DNA of 64,000 nucleotides from Octopus sinensis (Eukaryota). The notes below the pieces were generated by a model. That model searched no databases. It worked only from the letters and a program-made list of their open reading frames with translations, and was not told where the DNA came from. Of the stretch, positions 52,436-64,000 are shown piece by piece. Location: contig NC_042999.1 in NCBI RefSeq assembly GCF_006345805.1, forward strand, positions 124,124,001 to 124,188,000, read 5' to 3'. The stretch's first letter is position 1, and every line of letters begins with the position of its first letter. The position numbers and the translations under genes were made by a program.

Positions 52436-54714
52436 GTATGTCACTTTCTCACATAGTGCCAGTCAAGGCATGTTGCATCTAATTAGCATTCCATTCTCCT
52501 TTGATATGTCTGGAAGTTTTGATGGAAGAGAGAATGTTGAACTTGCAGTTTCTTTCTATCTGTGGGAAAGACACAGAACAGTTAGTTTATAGCTATAAGG
52601 GTTACTTGTATTCATATTTTTGCAACAGAGGATAATATGTAAGCTCTACACAAACACACACACACATATGAACCTTCTGGAATGGAAGTGTAGTAATGCT
52701 TTCCAGAAGGTATGAATGTATTCATATGGATTTGATATTTTCTTTCAATTTGTATAGGTTAAGTGATATGGGTGAGTAATTGCTAAGAAATGTGGTAAGG
52801 ATGGAAGTCTGAAACTGTGGTGATATATTAAATATTATATTATATGTGATATAATAAATTGTATATGCTTCAGTGAGAAAATAGGCACTAAGTCATTCAG
52901 TGAAACTTATTCAGATAAAGATTAATCATTCAGCATGCCAATACTAGATAATCTAGGAATAAGTAACGGCTCTATTCACTAGTTTGGTTTGTGGTATGAT
53001 AAAAGGAAGATAACGATCCTATTGGGATGAAGCGAAAAGCCAATTCAAGTGGGATTTGAACCATTAAACCAAACTCCAAACTTGTTACCAGTAAACATCA
53101 ATTCTTGTGTATTTAACTCTATATCAACTTGACCGCCCTTTGAATAACATTAAATACTTCTTTAAATCATATATTTATTCAAAACACTAATATTGAATCT
53201 CCAATTTCAAAGGAAACTGTCTTCTCTTTGATATAGAGTCTTAAGTATTTTTTTAAATAACATAGAATCTTTATCAATTATTATTAAATTCTTCTGTAGT
53301 CAGAGAGCAATTTATGAGTTGCTTGTGAATATTAGAATTCTCATGTTTAATACATCTTGAATACATTAGCTATTTACTTAGGCTTTGCTTGAAAAATCAA
53401 TACTGGAAATCAAAAACTTAAATACTTTTCATGATAATACATGATCATTTTAGTTTATGTTGTCTAACTTGAAATGATTGTCCAGTGGCAGCAACTTTTG
53501 TTTTACTATGTTATATCTTTTTCTTTTTTGTTTTTGCCTTGTTTCTATGAATGGGATGATTTTTGCATCTTAGAATATTTGCATATATGTTGGAGCATAC
53601 GTTTTTGCAGTTGGATGTTATAAAAATAATTGACCGCTCAAGTGGAACTTCTTTCTCTTCAGTTAAGCAAACTAAGACAAGCAATAGTGATCTGCTTTAC
53701 TCAAGGACACAGTACAATGGTTATACTAAGAGTTCAATCTCATAACTAAGCAACCAGTACTTTAACTCCTGAGCCATTATGAAGTTTATTGCCATCAATT
53801 TGATAAATAGAACTCGTTTTATATTGAATTCTTTGTCTTGGAGCTGAAGCCACCAACTTATTCTATTCTTTTAGGTTTCATCAAACAGCATTGGTAGTCA
53901 TTAGACTATTCACAGAGAATGCTCCATACTATCTATTTTCACACTTGGCACTCTGAGATAAAATCTTGGTGAGGTCAATTTTACATTTCATCTTTTAGGA
54001 GATATATTCAGACACTTGATTGATAGAACTGTAAGAACATGGGACTGGATGCTTTGTGGTATTTATTCAGGCTCCTTGCATTCTGAATCCAAACCTACTA
54101 TAGTCTACTTATCTAGTAGACTTTATCCCTCATATGGTAGAACACCACTGCTTGACTTTTTGAGTGGTTTTAGCAGAGTCCAATCTGTTGCAAGCATTCA
54201 GGTCAAGTTTACAGTTTAAGGGTTCCTCCCCGTCTCAAGCCTAGTCATGGGCTAACTACAGCCTGTGGGATTTTCTGACTGGTACACATGATGAAGACAA
54301 GTGCTGCTTGCTTGATAATGTGCCATGTCTCACATGACCTGTTTCTCAAAATGGTTCCCCATGCTGCTCTAGATGCAGAGGCCTATAAAAGACATGACCT
54401 TCCTCTTGACTAAAAGACAAAGGGAAAAAAGACTGGCCACACCAGTAGAACAACAAACTGGGTACATTATTTTGTTATTGAAATGATAAACTTTCATTCT
54501 GAGTTCAAATTACACACTGGTTAACTCATGCTTTTAATTTTGAAATAAGTACCAGTAATATACAGTACAGTTCAATTTCCTATAATGCTCTTTTGCAAAG
54601 GAAAGAAAAAAGAAATATATTTAGTCAGAAGGAATCGTTATTGATTTTATGAGTAACTGTGATTTTTCTATTGGTTTTCATTTTTGCTGGCACAGAAATA
54701 CATTTGGAAAATAT

Positions 54715-55001
54715 TGATTAATAATAATGATAGTAATAATAATAAACATAACAATACTATTACCATTGTTGTTGTTGTTGCTGCTGCTATTGTTGTTGTT
54801 GCTAGCAGCAGCAGCAGTGGCAGGAGGAGGTGGAGGAAAAGAAGGTGGGGAGGCAGTGAGGAGAAGGGTGAGGAAGAGGGTGAAGAGGAGGATTGTAGAG
54901 AGAAGGGTGGAGAAGAGGAGGAGGTGGAGAAGAGGAGGAGGCGGAGGAGGAAGAGGAAGACGAGGAGGAAGGGGAGGAAGAAAAAGAAGAAGAAGAAGAA
55001 G

Positions 55002-55032
<31 letters not shown>
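54715..55032. repeat. Compound (AAT)n-(GTT)n-(AGC)n-(GGA)n-(GAA)n tract
   Basis: Direct inspection; explains poly-K/R/E/L ORFs. Confidence 0.95.
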
Positions 55033-55899
55033 CCTCTTTGTAAAATAAAAAGAAGTTTTTTTTTCCAATAAATCATTTTGAATTTATGCAAATTTCATTC
55101 CAGCCCTCTTTTCCGTCTGCCATCATTTTTATTGAAAACAAAGACTATTTGACTTTCATGTTTCACTGAATGAGGCGTGGTGAGCTTGATGTCCAGGGTA
55201 GTTAGAGGTGTAATAGATATTCCAAATATTAGCATGAGTTACTGTTATAATTTCTGTAATCAGTCAATAATTAATGGACAATTAATCATTCCTTCTGGTG
55301 TGTTTAAGCCTCAGTGTGTATGTCATTGAAAATGTTGTTGGTAATATAATGCCAAGCTGGTATGAAAATGTACACAGATTTAAACATGTTACAGTTTTGC
55401 TATGAACATGTGACTAGCTATGAGTAGGTTCTTGCAAGATAAAAAAAAAAAACGAATGGCTCAATGAAGGCCACATGTTCAAAACAGCTTAATATTATTT
55501 GATTCTGAACAGAAAGGCAATTGCTACAATAATTACCATATCAATTAGCTTCTGAAACCATCACAGGTTGGAAATTTTATTTCTAATTTTATTTTATTTT
55601 TTAAAAAAATAATTTTTTTGTTCTTATATTTATTATTGTTGTTGTTGTTTTTTTTGTTTTGTTTTTTTAATATTCTTTTTATTATAATAATTCCCATATG
55701 AAAGAAAGCAGACATAATCAAGTGAAATAAAAATAGCTCTGTCTGAAATTACAAACTAATGGTTTCTAAACTGGAATTAACCAATATTGCTACAAACAAT
55801 TAAATTCTTTAAAGAAAAAAAAAAATATATATTTTTCTTAGAAGTTGTTAACTTTTAAAAGCCTATAAAACCATCACATTATAACTGACAAAAATCCAT

Positions 55900-56345
55900 T
55901 ACCATCATCATCATCATCACCATCATCATCACTCTCATTGTCCCCTTAACCACTACAACCACCACCACCACCACCACCACCACCACCATCACCATCATCA
56001 TCATCATCTCGTCATCATCACCATCGCCATCATCATCTTCATCATCATCATCATCATTGTTGTAATAGTCATCATATTGTTGTTGTCATTGTTCTTGTCA
56101 ACAAGGTACGTAGAAGGTAATAACAGAAAAGCTGTTGTTGATGTTGATGGTGGTGTTGGTGGTGTTGGTGATGACGATGATGATGTTGATGATGATAATG
56201 ATGATGATGATGATGATAGCAACGATGAAAATGAGGAGGAGGAGAATGAAGGTGATGATGACAACAATGACGACAATAACTGCGCTGACTACGAGGATGA
56301 TGACGATGATGCTGCTGATGATGTTGACGACCATGACAATGAATG
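55900..56345. repeat. (CAT/CAC)n followed by (GAT/GGT)n
   Basis: Direct inspection. Confidence 0.9.
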
Positions 56346-57104
56346 AACAACATCTATAAGTTTGTTTTATCATTTTTTTTTATTTGTTTTCTTCTTTAAA
56401 TTCTTTTATTTAAAAATGCCATTTATTAGTGCTATGTCACTAGATACCATAGAATTTCTTGAAATCATAAATAGCAACATAGAATAATGACAAGACTGCA
56501 GGCTAAACCCACATTCTGCTATAGCCTTCCAATTAAAGCATAGAATCTCTATTGGTATTTTTATCTGTTTTGTTTTCATTTTGGGGAAATATTTTTTTTT
56601 TGTAACAGATTTTATTTCTAGTGTTGAGTATCTATTATTATGAGCAGCATTTCAAGCATAAAAATGGTAGTTGCATGGATAATAGAGCACATTAATGGAA
56701 CTAAAACATTGAAAAATATGACACATTCAAGCATTCTCAAAGTTCTATGAATCCAGAGTTTGTGTCCACTACTAATATCATCTTCTACCAATTTTTTTGC
56801 TATTTTCATCAATAAGAACATTCAATTAATCCTCCAATGGTAATCTGACATTCTAGTGTTGTTTAACGGAACATAAATGTTGTTTAGTTTAATGAAAAGG
56901 AATAGGTGTGTGGCTGTGATGTTTACATTGCATCCACACCGTTTTAGGTTCAATCCCACCAGACAACACATGGGACAAGAGTCTTCTAGTATAATTTGAA
57001 GTTGACCAATGCCTTATGAGAGCCATTTTATTGGACAGAATGTATCATAGACTGTCATACACACACATAGCAGACAAACGCATGTGTGTGTATGCATATA
57101 TATA

Positions 57105-57444
57105 TTGGGTCATCTCATAAATAATGTAGTTTTTTCAATTGCATGGACTAAAAGTTGGAGGGAGATGGGATAAACTACCATACTATAAAAGCAGGTAGTA
57201 ACTTTATCTTGTACTTATTCTTAGTGCAAGTTTTGAAGAGTGTAGTTCAATTTTCACAGTTATTTTTTCAAAGCTATAATGGAAGTGACAAAGGAGCATA
57301 TTCAGTATATTTTGCTTTATGAGTTCAATAAAGACAACTACATAATGGAAAGTACGAGGAATATTAATGCAGTATACAGGGATCAGACAATAAGCCAGTG
57401 TCAACGGTGGTTCCAGAAATTCCAAGCCGGAAACTACAGCCTAG
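57105..57444 (+). mobile_element. Mariner 5' fragment (TIR plus transposase N-terminus)
   Basis: TA + 'ttgggtcatctcataaataatg'; 'MEVTKEHIQYILLYEFNK..RNINAVY..QCQRWFQKFQAGNYSL' mariner HTH. Confidence 0.85.
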
Positions 57445-57665
57445 CATTGATGGAGTGGCCATTTTTAAAGATGGTCAATAAACACAATGCATTTTGCATC
57501 CCAGAGTACTAAGGCCATCACCTTCCTTACAGATGAAATGACCTTGGCCTTCTTTGGAGCAGATGAGGAGGGGTGTTTCCATTGCATGGATTTCCTTTTG
57601 TCTCTGGCTCAAAGTGATGAAGCCAACACTCATCCTGGGTTAGGAAACACTCAATGAAAGCAGCT
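57445..57665 (-). mobile_element. Internal fragment of a second mariner, opposite strand
   Basis: 'FLTQDECWLHHFEPETK/QWKHPSSSAPKKAKVISSVRKVMALVLWDAKCIVFIDHL', first-D catalytic region. Confidence 0.85.
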
Positions 57666-60134
57666 GATTTTCTTGTGATGTTTGTTGCTGTGATTATTTT
57701 TGTTTTGCCAGTTGAGTAGTAGACTGGAGTGATGTGAAATGATAAGTCTTTCTCAAGAGCACACTGCATCACCCTATTGAAGAATTGAAACCGCAATGCC
57801 CTAACCACTAAGCTATATGTATGCATGTGTATGTTGTCTGTAGAGTAGTTGATTTTTAGAAATGATATAACAAGGAAAAATATATCTGAAATGGTTGTAA
57901 GGCGCTCAATGTAGACATTGAATTTTCTTATAATTGGGAAACTATGACTAGAATCTTTGCTGACAGATTTAAAATATTGTTTTGAGTTTTAATAATTTCT
58001 AACATATATGCAAAGCTCAAAAAAGTTTTGTGGGAAAGGACACTTGATATGAATTGCTCCAGAACATAAATAATATTTTATTCTATCAATTGAAGAAGGA
58101 TCAAAGGTAAAGTTGACCTCAGAATGTAAAAACCCAGGACAATATTCTACAAAGGATTTATCTAATAGTCTAATGATTCAGGCAATCCCCTACTATAACT
58201 TGAACTTTTATTAAATATTGTATTTTTTATAACTGGGAAAATGTTGCTAACAGTTAAAATTAACAGCTTTTCAATTATGGGCTAGAACAGTTTGAAACAA
58301 CAAACTCATCATTTACAGATTGAGAGATTTGTTCCACTATTTGATTCAAATACTCATTAGGAGTTTCAGAAATCAATGTAATGTTTAAACACACCTTCAA
58401 TTTCTCAATCCAAGTAGACACAAGCAATACAACGAAGCTAACACTCACTAACATCTTGTATTGAGTTAGTATTTCTAATTGTTTCATCTCTCATATTTTA
58501 ATTTGTTCAGGCTTTATAACTTGAAGCTAACTAAATCCTCACAATCTTTGTTCAGTTTCATATATAGAAAGTGTCTTAATGTCAGCTCATATGCTCTTGG
58601 GATTAAGCTTTGCAGATTTCAGAAATAGTGAATGAGAAATTTTAAATTAGCTATTTGAGTGGTGCAGAAAAAGAATTGGATCTTCATGCAATTTAAATAG
58701 CTTCAATATTGTTGCTACTGTTTGTTAGTTGATTTCATTGGTGAGGTTTTAATATGTTTACTTTCTCTTTTTTTCACCTATTTCCTGAATACATGACTAG
58801 TAAATTGTCACTCTGGCTAAAAGTGAAGTATGTTGTTAAGATGAAAAAGTTTAAAATAGTCACAATAAAAAAAAAGAAAACTTGTTTATTTTATCTGATA
58901 TTTATAGTATTTACTGATGCAGTTAATAAGGAATGTTTTCTATTTAAATCAGCAATAAATGGAATCAAAGCAACAAAACAAAAATGAAAAATATTTACCA
59001 ATGACACAAAGCGAAAACTTTCACTACCAAATGATCACACCTAGGTTAATTATAAAGAACGTATGACAGAGAAAAAAATTATAAACTAATGAAAATCAAA
59101 TGTATGTGCAAATTAAAAATAGATCCTAAGAAATGTTACATCATTTCTTAATAACTATCTTGTTTGCTAATCATTTGATAACTATAACTATTTATTTGGT
59201 ATATTGAGCAAAATAAATAATTTAATAAGGAATTCCACTTCAAAATTTGTCGAAGAATTAGTATTCATAAAAAGACTTGTTTTTATCTGTCCAAAATAGT
59301 ATCATGGAGATATTAAACTGACCTGATATAAACCTACTTTTCAACATCTGTTATAATCAGTCTGCCCCAGCTTCTATGACACACACTTTCTACATAAAGT
59401 GAGAGCTAAACTGAAATTTCCCATTAAAATTCCTTGTTAATTTATATTCCAATTACCAGCTTAATAATGACCAAGATATTTTTACAAAGTTATTATTTTC
59501 AAAATTAATTGAAACAGATGCAATGTAATTCAACAAAAATATGGTAACAAAAGTATCAAATGTATATTGGATATATTAAACATGTATATGCTATGAACTT
59601 AGCAACACATGGTTTTGAAGTTTGAATCTTTCTAAGCATTGTTAGAATGTCTTTGTTTTTGTTTAGTTACAAAAGCTATTATAAAAGTTAAAAATTTTAC
59701 AACTTTCCACATACTCTCCCCTCAAAAAACACACATTCCTCAGTTTGTTTTTAACCATTAAACTTTATTACTCTTGTTCAAATTCTTCCAAATCAATATA
59801 TTGCACAGTTTATTGTGACCAACCTAGCATAAAGGGCTACAGAATGTGACTGGTATTAGATTAAACATCAACTTGGAAAATTTGTGTATATATTGCAACA
59901 ATTTTAAGACTGCAATTGTTTGCTAGGTACTAATGTATATATGTATATATATGTATATATGTGTGTATGTATATATATATATATATATATTTAAAGTCAA
60001 GGTAGAAAATGCTTAAATAATTTTATAAAAAACATTTCAGTACCAGTTTCAGTCATTGAGACTTTTTCAACAGTAAGTGTGGAAAACAATTAAATTTTGG
60101 AAAAATTAAAAGAAAAGTTTTTTAAAAGAATATT

Positions 60135-60245
60135 TGCAAAAGCTGTTACTCAGAGTTTCACATTCTTCTTTGTTGGACAGTTTGGGTTGAGAATGTAACA
60201 AAAATAAGGTTATATGCATAAATATACAATTATATCGAGAGATAT
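60135..60245 (-). mobile_element. Family-3 short repeat with decayed hammerhead-like motif (60143-60180)
   Basis: CTGT-CCAACAA-AGAAGAATGT-GAA-ACTCTGAGT-A-ACAG; homologous to 2783-2905. Confidence 0.5.
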
Positions 60246-61478
60246 ACATTTGAAAATGGTTTTGTTTCACTGGTCCTTTCAACTAAAAGCCTTTTCAAAA
60301 ACCGGTTATATGAAATTACAATTATGTTTTAAAATCATATTATTATAAAAATCGAAGACAACCTTAAATCAAAAATTAGCTTTAGTAGAAGGGAAAAACT
60401 TGTATACCCAGGGTAAATTAAATTATGGTAAAATAAATTTAAATAAATTAAAAAGATATGTCCATTTGAAATAAAAACATTTACAATGAATTAACATCAT
60501 AAAAATACATATACATTTAGTAATACATACACATGCCAAAAAACCTATATATACATATATACACTAAACATACAAACGTTGGTGCATGCCTACATACATG
60601 TACAAATAAATACAGGCAAAACATATGTATATACTAATGCATAATAGGTATCCACATACATGTATATACATACAATACATGTATGTGTATTTCAAATATA
60701 CAACTTAGTTGTTATAAGCTAGAGAAAGAAAACAAAAAGAAAATCAGAGAATAATAAGTGGTGGGAGAATAAAAGAAAAAAAAGAAGTGGTGGAAGAAAG
60801 AAAAAAGAAAGGGAAAGAGAAAATTAGAAAGAGAAAGAGAAAAATAGATAGATAGCAAGAGAGAAAAATGATTTGGAAGTTGGCATTCTCAAAAAGTATC
60901 TAACAAATGTCGGATACTTCAGTAAGCTTACAAATGCACATATACAAAAAGTCATGCATATCTACATAAACGCATGCAGTAGACACATGCAGACATTCAC
61001 TATGGAACTCTTGTCTGAGAGAAAAGTTTCTCCTTATAGAACTTTCTATCATGGCAAATGTCTTCTGCTCCCATCCTCCTCCTCCTCCTCCTTCTCGTCC
61101 ACCTTATCATTATTTTTAAATCTGCTTTCCATGCCAGATTCATCCACTAACAGATTCATCAACACTAACAGATTCAACCACAACAAACTTTTTGAAACAC
61201 TGAGCAGTTGCTGCTTCCTTGTAAGTCATGACAGACAGAAAGGATTCGTTCGAAGCTGAGTATTTGAGTTTATGGAACACAGAAACGATATTTATATATC
61301 ACCTGATGAAACACGACAAGATCTCATAATGCAGGGAAATGGTTACATAACCAAATACCTTTGAACCTGGAGAACTATGTTGCATAGAAACAATTGTAGA
61401 GATTACAAACAAACGTTCATCTGTTCTTCTTGTTGATTCCAACTTATTCAATTACACACACACACACATATATATGTG

Positions 61479-61550
<72 letters not shown>

Positions 61551-61596
61551 GTATATATATATATAATATATATATATATATGTGTATGTGTGTGTG

Positions 61597-61671
<75 letters not shown>

Positions 61672-61678
<7 letters not shown>

Positions 61679-62022
61679 TAATCCAAACATGAAAACACAA
61701 CAACGCGAGGACGTGGAACAAATGTTAAACAGGCTAAAATCATGTGTCTCTTAAGTTTGTTGTTTATGTCAGGTGCACTGTAATTAAACACCTGTGCCTT
61801 GAGTTCTGATTTGAATACATTAAACATAGCAAAAAATAAAGGCATTATTCATTTTTGCCTTTTCAGTCAGTGAGAAATATAGTATTATTGGACACTCAGG
61901 AAGGAAGGGAAGAAGGAGGGTTTAACGTTTCGAGTGGAGCTCTTCGTCAAAATCATAGGGAAAGGAAAGATCCAAAGAAGGGAAGATGGAGGAAAAAAAT
62001 CGCCAACGTGGTCACATTTTGA

Positions 62023-62030
<8 letters not shown>
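61672..62030 (-). mobile_element. Penelope-like short element (family 2) with hammerhead-like motif at ~61921-61952, interrupted by a 157-bp insertion
   Basis: Minus strand TTGACGA-A-GAG-CTCCA-CTC-GAA-ACGT-T-AAA; (TA)n on both sides; layout parallels 4520-4690. Confidence 0.6.
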
Positions 62031-62053
<23 letters not shown>

Positions 62054-63387
62054 CCCTCATCCTCATCGTTTAATGTCCTCCGTCCATGCTAGCATGATTG
62101 GATGGTTTGATAGGTGCTGGCCAGAGGCAGAAGCCTGTGCCATGCTTCTGCGTCTGTTTTGGCATAGTTTCTTTGTGGCTAGATGCCCTTCCTAATGTCA
62201 GCCACTCTGCAGAGTGGGCTGAGTGCTTTTTATGTAGTACTCGCAGAGGTGAGATCAGTTTTGGCATGGTTTTTACAGCTGGATGCCCTTCCAAATGCCA
62301 ACCACTCTACAGTGTGGACTAGATTCTTTTTAAGTGGCCCCTACATTGGCAGGGTCACCAAATGATTTTTCAAGACAGAGTCTTCGAGAGAGGAGGGGGA
62401 ATTGGAGGAGGTGATCTTGTTTCAGAGGATAAAATATTAGAGTGTGACAGAGAGGCAGAAACAGATGCCATACTGTAGAGGAGGTCCATGGTTACCCAGC
62501 CAGAGAAAAGGAGAGAGAGAGAAGAAGAGAAAGAGAGTGAAAGTTTACAAAAATGAGGGCAGATACGGTTACCTAGAGAGAGAGAGAGAGTGGAGGTTAA
62601 CAAAAAAGAGGTGTGGTGTTGTAAATGAGATACATGGTTACCTAGCCAGAGGTAAGAGTAAGGGAAGGAAAGAAAGAGAGTGACCAAAAATGAGGGCAGA
62701 AACAGGTTTGTTGCTGTAGAGGAAATACATGATTACCCAGCCAGAGGGAAGAACAAGGGAAAGAGAGAGAGAGAGTAAAATACAGAAAGAGCAGGAGAAG
62801 GACAGTATACTTGCAAAGAATGGGGATCAGGGCATAGATGGGATGGTAGAGTAAAGAAGAGGGAGATGAATGGTGGCAGGTGCTGGTAGGGTATCGCCAA
62901 GGAATTATGAGTCAGAAGTGGGGGTGTGAGGAATGCAGTGACTGGTAAGAATCTGGATATATAGAGGAGGAGGGGATGAGGGAAACAATGATATAGTGAG
63001 CAGGGTAGTGAGGACTGGATTGTGGGGTGGGAGATAATCATAGTGTATGAAGAGGAAATGTGTGGGAGATAATCATGGTGTATGAAGAGGAAATATGTGT
63101 GTGTATATATAAATATGATATTCATTATATACATTGTCACTAATTTATACAGTCACAAGTAGTAGCAAAACTTAGTTCAATTACTAGAATCAAACTTATA
63201 TGCAATGCAGCATGTAACAAGCATGCAGACATTTCTCACTGACTGAAAAGGCAAAAATGAATAATGCCTTTATTTTTTGCAATGTTTAATGTATTCAAAT
63301 CAGAACTCAAGGCACAGGTGTTTAATTACAGTGCATCTGACATAAACAACAAACTTAAGAGACACATGATTTTAGCCTGTTTAACAT
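61722..63387. repeat. 157-bp near-perfect inverted repeat pair (61722-61878 and 63231-63387)
   Basis: Reverse-complement alignment by eye shows 2 mismatches. Confidence 0.9.
62058..62760 (-). mobile_element. RTE-tail-related composite repeat with purine-rich subrepeats
   Basis: 'catcgtttaatgtcctccgtccatgctagcatg..'; repeated 'ggttacccagccagag' and 'gagggcaga'. Confidence 0.7.
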
Positions 63388-63799
63388 GAAAGCTGAATTA
63401 CACAGGCTGAATCCAATGTATCAAATTAGCATTTTTATAATAAGTTGGAAATTTATATTCGTGTTTGTTCATTCAATCATTCATTTAACATCCATTTTTC
63501 CATATTAGTATAGGCTGGATGAAAGCTTATTATTGAGGCATTATTTTACAGATGGATGCTCTTCCTGTCACTAGCCCTTACTTGTTTTTCAAGTAGGTAT
63601 TTTTTATATTACATTTGTCTTCAAAAGCACAGAATTGTATGCACATGTAAACCAGTAAAGGAGCGGGGAAGGAAACTTATCACTGGAGGATCAGCATTCT
63701 ATACTTGATATAAAGTTAGTCCGAATACAAACTTGAACCATTTGAATTTTAAAGCATAATAAAATTCCCTTTATTATATTTTCTTCAAATTTCTATAGG

Positions 63800-63963
63800 C
63801 ATGGCTGTGTGGTAAGAAGCTAAAGGTGCAGACACAACTGTATGTTAAGAAGCTTGCTTCCCAACCACATAATTCTGGGTTCAATCCCACTGCATGGGCA
63901 AGTGTCTTCTCTTATAGCTTTAGGCCTACCAAAGTCTTGTGAGTGGATTTGGTAGAGAAACTC

Positions 63964-63965
<2 letters not shown>
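63800..63965 (+). mobile_element. SINE family A 5' portion
   Basis: 'ggcatggctgtgtggtaagaagc...gggttcaatcccactgc..ggcaagtgtcttct..gtgagtggatttggtag'. Confidence 0.75.

Positions 63966-64000
<35 letters not shown>

Noticed and set aside
54678-55091. Poly-E/K/R 'protein' ORFs
   Set aside because: Compound trinucleotide repeats; all frames are open simply because these repeats lack stop codons.
56077-56346. Acidic D/E-rich ORF
   Set aside because: (GAT)n-derived, with no non-repetitive coding context.
56618-56821. 67-aa hydrophobic ORF
   Set aside because: A length expected by chance; no recognisable motif or convincing splice sites.
58275-58487. 70-aa ORF with a hydrophobic N-terminus
   Set aside because: No recognisable domain and a weak acceptor; cannot be supported without a homology search.
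61722-63387. Composite DNA transposon bounded by 157-bp TIRs
   Set aside because: The left arm interrupts another repeat at microhomologies, there is no external TSD and there is no transposase inside.

Overview
AT-rich eukaryotic DNA saturated with microsatellites ((TA)n, (TACA)n, (CA)n, (AAT)n, (GAT)n, (TCTA)n) and interspersed repeats. The tRNA-derived SINE types, RTE LINE tails and repeat density resemble a coleoid cephalopod (Octopus-like) genome; this is an inference from recalled repeat families, not a search. No host protein-coding gene can be established, and most long ORFs in the track are microsatellite artefacts. Recognisable coding remnants are all transposon-derived: a young 5'-truncated RTE LINE (45.4-47.7 kb), two older RTE fragments, three R4/Dong-like RLE retroelement 3' ends, a Penelope-like GIY-YIG element, a near-full-length mariner and mariner fragments. 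The most interesting signal is a set of at least three short repeat families carrying minimal type-I hammerhead-ribozyme-like folds with non-canonical cores, one lying downstream of the Penelope GIY-YIG remnant. Several local duplications, including a 157-bp inverted templated insertion and an in-window empty site for the RTE insertion, are also notable.
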